From Bacteroidaceae bacterium (GTDB lineage Bacteria > Bacillota_I > Bacilli_A > RFN20 > CAG-826): DNA of 64,000 nucleotides. The stretch's first letter is position 1; each line of letters opens with the position of its first letter. Of this stretch, positions 22,291 through 31,861 are shown in pieces. The position numbers and the translations under genes were made by a program. The DNA lies in assembly GCA_963657885.1 (NCBI GenBank), contig CAVKNZ010000003.1, forward strand, positions 4,134-68,133, read 5' to 3'. The notes under the pieces were generated by a model. That model did no database searches. It was not told where the DNA came from and was given only the letters and a program-made list of their open reading frames with translations.

Positions 22291-23537
22291 AATTCAAAAA
22301 TGTAACGCTTGGCTGCAAAGTCAATTTTTATGAAAGCTACGCGATTGAAAAGTCTCTTCGTGATGAAGGTATTTTAGATGATAAAAATATTCCTGATATT
22401 GTTTTGATAAATACATGCTCAGTGACTGCGATTGCTGATCAAAAATCGCGACAAATCATCCGTCGAGAAAAGCGAAATAATCCAAATGCCATAATAGTTG
22501 TCATGGGTTGCTACTCGCAAAAAAATGCCGATTATGTCTTAAACGATTGCAAAGCTGACATTGTCATAGGCACAAGCTATCGAAATGAATTAGTTAAACT
22601 TATTAAGCAATACTTAATAGGCAAAAAACCAATCATAAAAATTAATAAAAGCACGAGAAATCTTCCTTATGAATCTTTTAAAGCTTTCCCTCTTCCTTTG
22701 ACCACTAGAGCGTATGTAAAAATACAAGATGGTTGCAATAACTTCTGTACGTATTGCACAATTCCTTACACTCGAGGGGAAGCTCGTTCAAAACCGAAGG
22801 CCGAAGTTTTAGATGAAATTAAGTATTTAGTTAATCAAGGTTACAAAGAAATTGTTTTAACCGGCATTCATACCGCACATTACGGATTAGACCTGGAAAA
22901 TACTAATTTTTCCGATTTAGTTGAAGAGATTCTTAAAATTGATAACTTATACCGTTTAAGAATATCCTCAATAGAAGAAAGTGAAATTGATGATAAATTG
23001 ATTTCGCTATTAAAAAATAAAAAATTAGCAAATCATCTGCACATTCCTCTTCAAAGCGGATCTCCTTCTGTCTTAAAAAGGATGAATAGAAGATACAATG
23101 TTGACTCTTTTATTAAAAAAGTGGAACAAATCCGTAAAGTTTCTCCAGATATTGCAATAACCACAGATGTAATTGTAGGTTTTCCAGGCGAAAGCGAAGA
23201 AAATTTCTTGGAAACTAAACAACTAATTGAAAAAGTGAAATTCGCCGAACTTCATGTTTTTCCTTTCTCAGCCCGATTAGGTACAGCAGCCTACAACTTC
23301 CCTGATCAAATTGATGGCCAAACTAAATCTAGAAGAGTTAATGAATTAATCGCTTTATCAAAAAAGTTAGAAGAAGAATATAGAAATAAATTTAAAGGTC
23401 AATCGCTTGACGTCATTTTAGAAGAACGTAATAAAGTTACTCATAAATTATCTGGTTTTACATCCAATTATTTAAAATTATCAGCTGATTTACCAGATGA
23501 ATATATTGGAAAGATTGTCAAAATAAAAGTTGATTAA
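22287..23537 (+). CDS. mtaB: tRNA t6A37 methylthiotransferase MtaB (MiaB-like radical-SAM enzyme)
   Basis: N-terminal UPF0004 cysteines (GCKVN, NTCSV, GC), the radical-SAM motif CNNFCTYCTIPY, and synteny with B. subtilis yqeV after rsmE. Confidence 0.8.
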   Translation: MKFKNVTLGCKVNFYESYAIEKSLRDEGILDDKNIPDIVLINTCSVTAIADQKSRQIIRREKRNNPNAIIVVMGCYSQKNADYVLNDCKADIVIGTSYRNELVKLIKQYLIGKKPIIKINKSTRNLPYESFKAFPLPLTTRAYVKIQDGCNNFCTYCTIPYTRGEARSKPKAEVLDEIKYLVNQGYKEIVLTGIHTAHYGLDLENTNFSDLVEEILKIDNLYRLRISSIEESEIDDKLISLLKNKKLANHLHIPLQSGSPSVLKRMNRRYNVDSFIKKVEQIRKVSPDIAITTDVIVGFPGESEENFLETKQLIEKVKFAELHVFPFSARLGTAAYNFPDQIDGQTKSRRVNELIALSKKLEEEYRNKFKGQSLDVILEERNKVTHKLSGFTSNYLKLSADLPDEYIGKIVKIKVD

Positions 23538-23582
23538 CTTCGACTGAAAACTGTGGTTTTTTAAACGTTGTATGAAAATCAA

Positions 23583-23610
23583 TTGATTTTATTTTCCTTT
23601 AATTTATAAT
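23583..23610 (+). promoter_or_regulatory. Promoter TTGATT-N16-TATAAT upstream of rpmF
   Basis: TTGATT at 23583-23588 and TATAAT at 23605-23610. The SD AGGAGG lies upstream of the ATG at 23638. Confidence 0.6.
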
Positions 23611-23637
23611 TAACACGTTATTTAGGAGGAAATAAAG

Positions 23638-23898
23638 ATGGCAGTACCATTTAGAAGAACATCAAAAACATCAAAAAGAATGCGTCGTTCTCACCTCGCA
23701 TTAAAGGTTACCGGTCTTGTTAAATGCCCTAACTGCGGTGCAACAATTAAATCACACGTTGTTTGCCCAAAATGTGGACATTATGATGGAAAAGACGTCA
23801 TGAGCAAAAAGGATAACAAAGCTGTTGATGTTAAACCTGTAGAAAAGAAGAGTAAAAAAGCGAAAGCTAAAGATAGCAGAACCGAAAAAGCTGAATAG
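23638..23898 (+). CDS. rpmF: 50S ribosomal protein L32 with a ~30-aa lysine-rich C-terminal extension
   Basis: [19 protein letters not shown] with CPNCG...CPKCG zinc-ribbon cysteines. 86 aa, compared with ~57-60 aa usually. Confidence 0.9.
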   Translation: MAVPFRRTSKTSKRMRRSHLALKVTGLVKCPNCGATIKSHVVCPKCGHYDGKDVMSKKDNKAVDVKPVEKKSKKAKAKDSRTEKAE

Positions 23899-23947
23899 TT
23901 TCTATAAATAGTTAGCTATGCTATAATTATCAACAGAGGTTGAAATT

Positions 23948-24592
23948 ATGGAATTAAATAGAATGATTGATCACACATTGCTAAAAGCTGATGCTTCAAT
24001 CGAAGCAGTTAAACAATTGTGTGAAGAAGCTCGTAAATATAGCTTTGCATCCGTTTGTGTTAATCCTTGCTTTGTGCCAGTTGCGAAAAGATTATTAACT
24101 GGCTCAGATGTCAAGGTTTGTACAGTAATTGGCTTTCCATTAGGCGCGACATTGCCAGAAGTTAAAAAATTCGAGGCTAGTGAAGCGGTAAAAGCTGGCG
24201 CCGAAGAAATCGATATGGTTTTAAACATTTCGATGGCTAAAGAACACGACTACGACTTTGTAGAAAAAGAAATTCACTTAGTTAAAGAAGGTTGCAAAGG
24301 AAAATTGCTCAAAGTAATTCTTGAAACTTGTCTATTAACTGATGAAGAAATTGTCAATTGCTGCAAGGCAGCAGTTAGAGCTGGTGCAGAATTTGTCAAG
24401 ACTTCAACAGGATTCTCAAAAGGTGGCGCGACAGTGCATGCTGTGCAACTTATGAGAAACACAGTTGGCTCAACAGTTGGCGTTAAGGCTAGCGGTGGCA
24501 TTCATACTCGCGAAGAAGCAGAAGCCATGGTTCTTGCTGGGGCTAACCGCATTGGTGCCTCCTGCGGAGTAAAAATTGTTACTGAAAAATAA
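23948..24592 (+). CDS. deoC: Deoxyribose-phosphate aldolase
   Basis: IDHTLLK, VCVNP, VIGFPLGA, DMV, KVILET, FVKTSTGF. An extended -10 TGcTATAAT lies at 23919-23927. Confidence 0.93.
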   Translation: MELNRMIDHTLLKADASIEAVKQLCEEARKYSFASVCVNPCFVPVAKRLLTGSDVKVCTVIGFPLGATLPEVKKFEASEAVKAGAEEIDMVLNISMAKEHDYDFVEKEIHLVKEGCKGKLLKVILETCLLTDEEIVNCCKAAVRAGAEFVKTSTGFSKGGATVHAVQLMRNTVGSTVGVKASGGIHTREEAEAMVLAGANRIGASCGVKIVTEK

Positions 24593-24633
24593 TTCGATTA
24601 ATTCTATTTACGTAAGAAAGGAAGTGATTAAAG

Positions 24634-24807
24634 ATGCCTAAAACAGTTGTTCGCGAAAACGAAACATTAGATGAAGCACTTAGACGTTTTAAACGTCAAG
24701 TTAATAAATCTGGCGTTCTTCTTGAAACACGTAAAAGAGAATACTATCTCAAAAAAGGTTTAAAACGTAAACTTAAAAGCGAGATGGCTAGACGTAAATC
24801 TTACTAA
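24634..24807 (+). CDS. rpsU: 30S ribosomal protein S21 (below the ORF-track size cutoff)
   Basis: My own translation gives [57 protein letters not shown]. The SD is AAAGGAAG. Confidence 0.93.
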   Translation: MPKTVVRENETLDEALRRFKRQVNKSGVLLETRKREYYLKKGLKRKLKSEMARRKSY

Positions 24808-24836
24808 AATAAGATAAAAGAAAATTTTAAAACTTT

Positions 24837-24866
24837 AGGAAGTATTTAATACTTCCTTTAATTTTG
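24837..24866 (+). terminator. Rho-independent terminator after rpsU
   Basis: AGGAAGTAT-tta-ATACTTCCT followed by TTAATTTTGTTT. Confidence 0.8.
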
Positions 24867-24916
24867 TTTGACACTTTTTCATTAAAAAACAATACCTATA
24901 TATGAGGGGGTGAAAA

Positions 24917-26092
24917 ATGATGTCGAAATACTTTTGCTATCAAGCTAACGATTCTGACTGCGGGTTTGCGTCTTTAAAGATGCTTATGGCATACAAATGC
25001 AGGAACACAAACTATTTGAGGATTACCAAAGACAAAAAACTTGGCAGCTACACTTTTGCTGATCTAATTGCTATTGCGAACAATTATGGGTTTTCGCTAG
25101 CAGGATATCGATACGAAGAGAAGAAGAACGTTTCGGTAAAAGTTCCATTCTTAGCGCTGCTTGAGCGCAATCACTTAGTAGTGGTTACTCGCCTTGACTC
25201 TTTTAAGGTTAAGATTCTTGACCCATCTAGAGGCGAAGTAACGCTATCACGAGATGATTTTATTAAGTCTTGGAGCGGTGACACACTAGAAATAAAATCG
25301 TTTAAGCAATCGAGTTTTAAAAAAGAAAGAATTCAATTTTGTAGCTGGCACTCCAAAATATTCACTTATTTATTATCGATATCATCATTAGCCTCCTTAC
25401 TCGTTGGTTTTTTCTTCATTCAGGATGACACATATATATTTATACCATTAATACTTTTAGGCGTTTTCATTAGTATTGAATTAGTACAAAAATGGTATTT
25501 AATCAAACAAATAAATTTGTTTGATATAAAATTTACCCCCATTTATTTTAAAGAAAATGATAATTTAAATAGAGAAGGACTTATTGAGTATAGCGAATTT
25601 AAAAAGATTTGCTTTTCTTTTGAAAATAAAATAGCTGTTGCTCTTTGCGCTAGCGCAGCCATCATTGTTGTCTTAGTTATCAATACGCCGATTAGTGTAG
25701 CTAGCATTTTATTAATTTTATTAATGAACGTAATTTCTAAAATGCTATTCAAAAATAGCGATGAGAAAAGGCTCGACATCATCAATAAGAGCGAGGATAG
25801 CTTATTAAACTCTAATAACGCATCTTCGCAAGACATTATGAAAATATGCAATTTATCGAATAAATATGCTTTTAATATCTCATTAAGAAACTGTATTTAC
25901 TCTTTTTTGATTTTGCTTCTAAGTTTCTTTACGATGATTGCTTCTGGCATCGTAAGTGTGAATTTCATCATCTTCCATTTCGGTTTATTTTATGTTTTAA
26001 ACACTTACATCGATACTTTAGTTAGTTATCTCGATGAAAAGAAACAATATGAAAGAAGCAAAGCTAGATTTTTAGACAAGTGCAATTTATAA
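24917..26092 (+). CDS. Peptidase C39 (double-glycine leader protease) domain fused to an ABC-exporter-like membrane domain; no nucleotide-binding domain
   Basis: YQANDSDCGFASLKML (Gln/Cys), NHLVVV (His) and ILDPSRG (Asp) together form an intact C39 catalytic set. About 250 aa with ~5-6 hydrophobic helices follow. Strong SD (GAGGGGGTG). The ORF ends 42 nt before ybeY. Confidence 0.7.
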   Translation: MMSKYFCYQANDSDCGFASLKMLMAYKCRNTNYLRITKDKKLGSYTFADLIAIANNYGFSLAGYRYEEKKNVSVKVPFLALLERNHLVVVTRLDSFKVKILDPSRGEVTLSRDDFIKSWSGDTLEIKSFKQSSFKKERIQFCSWHSKIFTYLLSISSLASLLVGFFFIQDDTYIFIPLILLGVFISIELVQKWYLIKQINLFDIKFTPIYFKENDNLNREGLIEYSEFKKICFSFENKIAVALCASAAIIVVLVINTPISVASILLILLMNVISKMLFKNSDEKRLDIINKSEDSLLNSNNASSQDIMKICNLSNKYAFNISLRNCIYSFLILLLSFFTMIASGIVSVNFIIFHFGLFYVLNTYIDTLVSYLDEKKQYERSKARFLDKCNL

Positions 26093-26134
26093 ATAAATTT
26101 CTTAAATGTATGCTATAATCAATTTCCCAAAATT

Positions 26135-26980
26135 ATGGAACTTGATTTTTCTAACAACGGACCTCAATCATTCGATTCTTATGAACAAATCTTTAATGAT
26201 CTTGCTCAAAAGGTCTTTTCACATTTAAATGTATCCGTTAATTACGTTATTGACATTACAATTGTTAACAACAATTCAATCCAAGAAATCAATCGAGAAT
26301 ACCGTGACAAAGATTACCCAACAGATGTTATTAGTTTCGCTTTCTTCGATGATGAAAACGAGATTGTAAGTAGTGATTTGCCTAATTCATTAGGGCAAAT
26401 TATTATCTCTTTTGAAAAAGCAGAAGAACAAGCGAAGTTGTATAAGCATTCTTTGAACCGAGAGATGTCTTTTTTATTCGTTCATGGACTGTTGCATCTT
26501 CTTGGATATGATCACATGAAAAAAGACGATGAACTTATTATGTTTTCTATACAAAATGAAATTTTAGGAGGTAATAAAATGACAAAAGAAGAACTCGTTG
26601 CTAAAGCAATAGAAGCAAGAGAATTGGCTTATGTGCCTTATTCTCATTTTAAAGTTGGTGCTGTAATAATGACCAAAGATGGTCGCTTGTTTTTAGGAGC
26701 AAACATCGAAAACTCTTCATATCCATGCTGCATGTGTGCAGAAAGAAACGCTATTTACAACGCTTATCTTCATGGTGTTAAAAAGAATGATATTGCTGCT
26801 TTGGCATTATCAGCGGATACCGATGGACCATGTTCACCTTGCGGAGCTTGTCGCCAAGTTCTAAGTGAGCTTATGCCAACCGACGCTCCAATCTATATGT
26901 CAAATTTAAAAGGACTTATAAAAGAGACGACCATAGCGGAACTTTTGCCATATGCTTTCTCTGAGGATGATTTAAAATAA
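26135..26980 (+). CDS. ybeY: In-frame fusion of endoribonuclease YbeY (aa 1-148) and cytidine deaminase Cdd (aa 149-281)
   Basis: The YbeY zinc motif HGLLHLLGYDH is followed, with no stop codon, by MTKEEL...CAERNAIYNA...CSPCGACRQVL (Cdd). An internal AGGAGG-N6-ATG lies at 26566-26581. An extended -10 TGcTATAAT lies at 26111-26119. Confidence 0.85.
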   Translation: MELDFSNNGPQSFDSYEQIFNDLAQKVFSHLNVSVNYVIDITIVNNNSIQEINREYRDKDYPTDVISFAFFDDENEIVSSDLPNSLGQIIISFEKAEEQAKLYKHSLNREMSFLFVHGLLHLLGYDHMKKDDELIMFSIQNEILGGNKMTKEELVAKAIEARELAYVPYSHFKVGAVIMTKDGRLFLGANIENSSYPCCMCAERNAIYNAYLHGVKKNDIAALALSADTDGPCSPCGACRQVLSELMPTDAPIYMSNLKGLIKETTIAELLPYAFSEDDLK

Positions 26981-27852
26981 TGCGTTCTGGATTTGTTGCC
27001 ATAATTGGACGAGCTAACGCTGGAAAATCTACTATTTTAAATTCACTTTTAAATCACGATATTTCTATCGTTACTGATAAAGCTCAAACGACAAGAAATT
27101 TGATTCGTGGCATCTATGATGATGGCGATTATCAAATCGTCTTCATTGACACTCCAGGAATTCATAAAGCCCATCATTCTTTAGGCAAAATAATGAATCA
27201 AGATGCATTTGACTCTACAAAAGATGTCGATGCAATCGTTCTTGTTGTTGATGCTTCTAAACGATTTAATGAAGGTGACGAACTCATTATGAACAAAATT
27301 CCTAATAAGGTTCCCCTCTTCATTGCAATTAACAAAATTGATTTGCTTAGGCTACCTCAAGTAGAAGAAGTGAAAAAGCTTTATCAAAGCCGTTATCCAA
27401 ATGGCAAGCTTATCGAGATGAGCGCAATTCGCGATTTTGGCACCGATGATTTATTAGCGGATATTAAAAAATTGATGCCTGAAGGGCCTCGCTATTACCC
27501 AGAAGAGCAACTCGTCGATAAAGACGCTGCATTTTTTGTTTCTGAAATAGTGCGAGAAAATGCTTTAAATCTTCTAAAAGAAGAAGTTCCACACGAACTC
27601 GCAGTTCGCGTCGATGAAATTAAGCATAAAAAAGAAGCGGTTTATATTAAATCCACGATTATCGTTGATCGTGAATCGCATAAAGGCATTGTTATAGGTA
27701 AGGGTGGTAAAAAGATTAAAGCCATCGGATCTAAATCACGAGTCAAATTGGAAAAATATTTCAATAAACGTGTTTATCTTGAACTTTTTGTTTCTGTTAA
27801 AGAAGACTGGATTAACAATCCACGCATTCTAAAAGAGTTAGGATATAAATAA
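26980..27852 (+). CDS. era: GTPase Era
   Basis: GRANAGKST, DTPG, NKID, and a C-terminal KH domain (VIGKGGKKIK). Confidence 0.96.
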   Translation: MRSGFVAIIGRANAGKSTILNSLLNHDISIVTDKAQTTRNLIRGIYDDGDYQIVFIDTPGIHKAHHSLGKIMNQDAFDSTKDVDAIVLVVDASKRFNEGDELIMNKIPNKVPLFIAINKIDLLRLPQVEEVKKLYQSRYPNGKLIEMSAIRDFGTDDLLADIKKLMPEGPRYYPEEQLVDKDAAFFVSEIVRENALNLLKEEVPHELAVRVDEIKHKKEAVYIKSTIIVDRESHKGIVIGKGGKKIKAIGSKSRVKLEKYFNKRVYLELFVSVKEDWINNPRILKELGYK

Positions 27853-28571
27853 TGTTTGAAGTCAAAGGCATAATCATCAAATCAACACCTTTTAAAGAAA
27901 ACGATGCGATGATAACTTTGCTTAGTGAAGACAAAACATACTCATTTTTAGCAAAAGGCGTTTTAAAAGCTAATAGCAAAAACGCTTCTTTAGTTAGAAT
28001 TTATAGTCAATCACAACTAAGTTTATATAAAGGCAAAGATGGTTTTGCTCTAAGAAATGGAACCGTAATTAATGGATTTAGTAAACTAAATGCATCGTTA
28101 AATAGTTTGCTTGCCGTAAAAGCTATTGGAGAAATCACTAATACTTTATTGCAAAAAGAAGATTGCAAAAAAGTCTACATTGCTTTGGAAAAATCACTCA
28201 ATTTAATAAATGAGAATTTTTCACCTTTAACAGTCGTTCTTATCTACTTCGCCTATCTATTGAGGATTTCTGGCTATGGTCTTGAAGTCGATAAATGCGT
28301 TATTTGCTCCAATAAAAGCCAAATAAAGAGCCTTTCATATGAGGATGGGGGATTTATCTGCTCAAATTGTTTTGACGCCCATAAGCATGTTCAATGCGAG
28401 CAGAGGTATTTAAAAATAATGAGATACATATTTAAGGTCGAGCCAGAACAATTTAATCATATTGCTTTCGAAGATGCAGAAAATAAATTCATTTTAAATG
28501 AATTAGATAATTTTCTTTATAATAGCAGTCAAACGCGAATTCATAGCTTAAAACTAGTTTTAAATGTTTAA
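27852..28571 (+). CDS. recO: DNA repair protein RecO
   Basis: N-terminal OB-fold region and the zinc motif CVICS...CSNCF. The position after era matches Firmicutes. Confidence 0.85.
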   Translation: MFEVKGIIIKSTPFKENDAMITLLSEDKTYSFLAKGVLKANSKNASLVRIYSQSQLSLYKGKDGFALRNGTVINGFSKLNASLNSLLAVKAIGEITNTLLQKEDCKKVYIALEKSLNLINENFSPLTVVLIYFAYLLRISGYGLEVDKCVICSNKSQIKSLSYEDGGFICSNCFDAHKHVQCEQRYLKIMRYIFKVEPEQFNHIAFEDAENKFILNELDNFLYNSSQTRIHSLKLVLNV

Positions 28572-28587
28572 ATAGTTCACTTTTAGT
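28572..28587 (-). repeat. Phased pentamer repeat, partial copy G (two units)
   Basis: The + strand reads ATAGTtcacttTTAGT, starting immediately after the recO TAA. The third position is not conserved. Confidence 0.4.
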
Positions 28588-28647
28588 GGGTTGACAACAT
28601 ACCTATCTAGTGAGAGACTTTTTGCATATTTTAAAGGAACAGATAAT

Positions 28648-30015
28648 ATGGATAAAAAATTCGATGAAATCGTTACACATTTAATTACAAGTGGCTTTGT
28701 CTATCAAGATTCTGAAATCTATGGTGGGCTTTCTAATTCCTGGGACTTTGGTCCTCTTGGAGTTGAACTTAAAAACAATATTAAGAAATTGTGGTGGAAG
28801 AAATTCGTTCAAGAGTCGCCAACAAATGTTGGAATTGATGCGGCTATCTTGATGAATCCTCGCGTTTGGCAAGCAACCGGTCACGTTTCGACCTTTGCTG
28901 ATCCTTTGATTGATTGCAAAGAATGTCACACTCGCCATCGGGCAGATGATTTAATTGCAAAAGCTTGTCCTGATGTCGATGTTAACGCGATGACAAACGA
29001 AGAAATGATTGCTTTTATCAAAGATAATAAAATCAAATGCCCTAATTGCGGAAAGTCTAATTTTACTGATATCCGTCAATTCAATTTGATGTTTAGAACC
29101 CATATTGGCGTCACTGAAGAATCTGAAAGCTTAGTTTATCTTCGCCCAGAAACGGCACAAGGCATGTTTGTTAATTTCAAAAATGTCCAAAGAACAACTA
29201 GAAGAAAAATACCTTTTGGTATTTGTAACATCGGTAAGAGCTTTAGAAATGAGATTACACCGGGCAATTTTATCTTTAGAGTTCGCGAATTTGAACAAAT
29301 GGAAATGGAATTTTTCTGTAAACCTGGTACCGATTTAGAATGGTTTTCCTATTGGAAAGATTATTCTCTTAAGTTCCTCGAATCCTTAAATGTCAGCCAA
29401 GAAAATCTCCGTTACCGTGACCATGAAAAAGAAGAATTAGCCTTTTACTCAAAAGCTACAACTGATGTTGAATACAAATTCCCATTTGGCTGGGGAGAAA
29501 TTCTTGGCGTTGCTGATCGTACAGACTACGACTTGAAACGTCATATGCAAGCCAGTGGTCAATCTTTAGAATATCTCGATCCAGAAACAAATGAAAAATA
29601 TGTTCCATATTGCATTGAACCTTCTATGGGTGTTGAGCGTATTTTCTTAATGATTTTATGCGAAGCATATGATGTAGAACAACTTGAAAAAGATAAACGC
29701 GTTGTCATGCATATTAAACCTTCGCTAGCCCCTTATTTAGCAGCTATTCTACCTCTAAGCAAAGAATTGGCTCCTAAGGCGAAAGAAGTGCAGTCTTTAT
29801 TAAATAAATACTTCTCAACTGTATATGATGAAACTGCATCTATCGGAAAAAGATATCGTAGGCAAGACGCTATTGGTACGCCATTTTGCATCACTTATGA
29901 CTATGATAGTTTAAATGATAACTGTGTCACAATCAGGGAAAGAGATTCTATGAAGCAAGAAAGAATCAAAATTTCTGAATTGAGAAATTATCTTTTAGAT
30001 AAAATTGAAGAATAA
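28648..30015 (+). CDS. glyQS: Glycine--tRNA ligase (single-chain GlyQS type)
   Basis: MDKKFDEIV..GFVYQDSEIYGG...YLRPETAQG...FRNEITP. The ATG at 28648 follows AAAGGAA. The ORF-track TTG at 28591 is unlikely. Confidence 0.93.
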   Translation: MDKKFDEIVTHLITSGFVYQDSEIYGGLSNSWDFGPLGVELKNNIKKLWWKKFVQESPTNVGIDAAILMNPRVWQATGHVSTFADPLIDCKECHTRHRADDLIAKACPDVDVNAMTNEEMIAFIKDNKIKCPNCGKSNFTDIRQFNLMFRTHIGVTEESESLVYLRPETAQGMFVNFKNVQRTTRRKIPFGICNIGKSFRNEITPGNFIFRVREFEQMEMEFFCKPGTDLEWFSYWKDYSLKFLESLNVSQENLRYRDHEKEELAFYSKATTDVEYKFPFGWGEILGVADRTDYDLKRHMQASGQSLEYLDPETNEKYVPYCIEPSMGVERIFLMILCEAYDVEQLEKDKRVVMHIKPSLAPYLAAILPLSKELAPKAKEVQSLLNKYFSTVYDETASIGKRYRRQDAIGTPFCITYDYDSLNDNCVTIRERDSMKQERIKISELRNYLLDKIEE

Positions 30016-30039
30016 GTATATTTTTAGTATTTAATTAGT
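30013..30039 (-). repeat. Phased pentamer repeat, copy F
   Basis: The + strand reads TAAGTatatttTTAGTatttaaTTAGT. It overlaps the glyQS stop codon and ends 2 nt before the dnaG ATG. Confidence 0.6.
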
Positions 30040-30041
30040 AT

Positions 30042-31844
30042 ATGAAATTTGATCATGATTTGCTCCAAGAAATCAAACAACACGCCGACATCGTTGACGT
30101 TATTTCTTCATACGTTAATGTAGTTAAAAAAGGCCGTCGTTACGCTTCTTTATGTCCATTTCATGATGATCACAATCCTTCGATGGATATCAATAAGGAA
30201 CGTCAAACTTATCATTGCTATGTTTGTCATGCCGGAGGAGATGTTTTTTCCTTTGTCTCTGACTATGAAAAAATATCTTTTGCAGAAGCTGTTAAAAAGG
30301 TCTGCGAAATTATAAATTTCGATGATCCAAGATTGCACGAGATTAAGCAAATAAAACCTGTCAATCCTGATTTGCAAACTCTTTATAACTGCATCAATGA
30401 ACTTCAAAAATTTTATGAATATGGTCTGCAAGTTGACGAAGGTAATGTTGCAAAAGAATATTTAACTAAAAGACAAATTAGTATTGAGCAAGCTAATAAA
30501 TTTCATCTTGGCTATTCTTTAAAAGATGGTAAGAAGACGATTTCTTATCTTCAACAGAAAGGATATTCTCTTAAAAATATAGAAGATATCGGCATTGCGT
30601 TAGCTAGGATAAGCGATACTAGTGACTCTAATGCGGGACGCTTAATTTTTCCTATTAAAAATATCGATGGACAAGTTGTTGGCTTCTCTGCAAGAAAAAT
30701 AGTCGAAAATAGCGATGCGCCTAAATACGTTAACTCTCCTGAAACCAAAATATTTAGAAAAGGTGATATTTTATATAATTTTGACTTAGCTAAACAATCT
30801 GCGAAGCACGATGGATATATCTATCTTGTTGAAGGCTTTATGGATGTTTTTGCTTTCGATTCTATCGGAATTAATTCAGTTGCAGCCTTAATGGGCACAA
30901 AATTAACTAGCAAGCATATCGAATATCTTAGACGCTTAAACGTTGAGGTAAGACTTTGTCTTGATGGCGATAAAGCTGGCCAGAGCGCAATGATGGCTAT
31001 CATGAGCCAACTTGATAAGGCGCAAATCAATTATCGTCTAGTATCAATGAGCAAGGAAATACGCGATCCTGACGAGATTTTAAAACAAGATGGCAAAGAA
31101 AAACTTACCATTTTTGTTAATTCATTAATGGATCCATTTGATTTCGCTTTAAATTATTATAAAAACACTTCACCATTGAGCACTCTTGAAGGTAAGAAAA
31201 AAGTCGTCGCACATTTCGCAACAATGCTTAATAGCATTAATGATAAATTAGAATACGAAGATTACATTTATAAATTAGCAGATGTAACCGGCTTTAACCA
31301 CAATGCGATAAGAGAATACTTAAACGATGTTAAAAAAACAATTAAGGCTGATGATGATATTCAATTTGAGCCTAGAGAAGCTCCTAAACAAACTTCACTT
31401 GTTCTAAATCGCGATTTGCGTCGACTAAACAATGCCGAAAAGATTGTTTTAAAACTTATGGCAAATAGCAAAGATGCGGTGAATTTCTATGAAAAGAATA
31501 TCAAATATTTCTCTACTGAAGTATATCGGCAATTAGCAAACTATTTTGTTGAATATGTCTCTAAATATGAAGATGTAAATGTATCGATGATAATCGATTT
31601 AATTCAAGAAAGTAACCCCACGAACAAAAGAGAATTAATTGATTTATTAAGCTCTCTACCGAATGAAGAAGTAGACGGAGACAAGTTGACTTCTATTCTC
31701 AAAGACTGTTTGAAAGTCATTGAAGAAGAAAGAAATAGAACTTATGAGAAATCGATATTGATGAAAGCCTTCGAAGGCAAAGACCCCAAGGAACAAGCGA
31801 GAATTCTCGATGATTATATAAAGCGAACTAATAAAATTAGTTAG
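30042..31844 (+). CDS. dnaG: DNA primase
   Basis: Zinc-binding [13 protein letters not shown]...[10 protein letters not shown] and TOPRIM motifs (EGFMDV, DGDKAG). Confidence 0.96.
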   Translation: MKFDHDLLQEIKQHADIVDVISSYVNVVKKGRRYASLCPFHDDHNPSMDINKERQTYHCYVCHAGGDVFSFVSDYEKISFAEAVKKVCEIINFDDPRLHEIKQIKPVNPDLQTLYNCINELQKFYEYGLQVDEGNVAKEYLTKRQISIEQANKFHLGYSLKDGKKTISYLQQKGYSLKNIEDIGIALARISDTSDSNAGRLIFPIKNIDGQVVGFSARKIVENSDAPKYVNSPETKIFRKGDILYNFDLAKQSAKHDGYIYLVEGFMDVFAFDSIGINSVAALMGTKLTSKHIEYLRRLNVEVRLCLDGDKAGQSAMMAIMSQLDKAQINYRLVSMSKEIRDPDEILKQDGKEKLTIFVNSLMDPFDFALNYYKNTSPLSTLEGKKKVVAHFATMLNSINDKLEYEDYIYKLADVTGFNHNAIREYLNDVKKTIKADDDIQFEPREAPKQTSLVLNRDLRRLNNAEKIVLKLMANSKDAVNFYEKNIKYFSTEVYRQLANYFVEYVSKYEDVNVSMIIDLIQESNPTNKRELIDLLSSLPNEEVDGDKLTSILKDCLKVIEEERNRTYEKSILMKAFEGKDPKEQARILDDYIKRTNKIS

Positions 31845-31861
31845 AAAAGAGGAAAAAAATT

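Noticed and set aside
28572-28647. A possible T-box riboswitch leader upstream of glyQS, as found in B. subtilis.
   Set aside because: The spacer is only 76 nt. It has no specifier-loop or antiterminator architecture and no T-box sequence (AANNNGGTGGNACCGCG-like). It is too short for a T-box.
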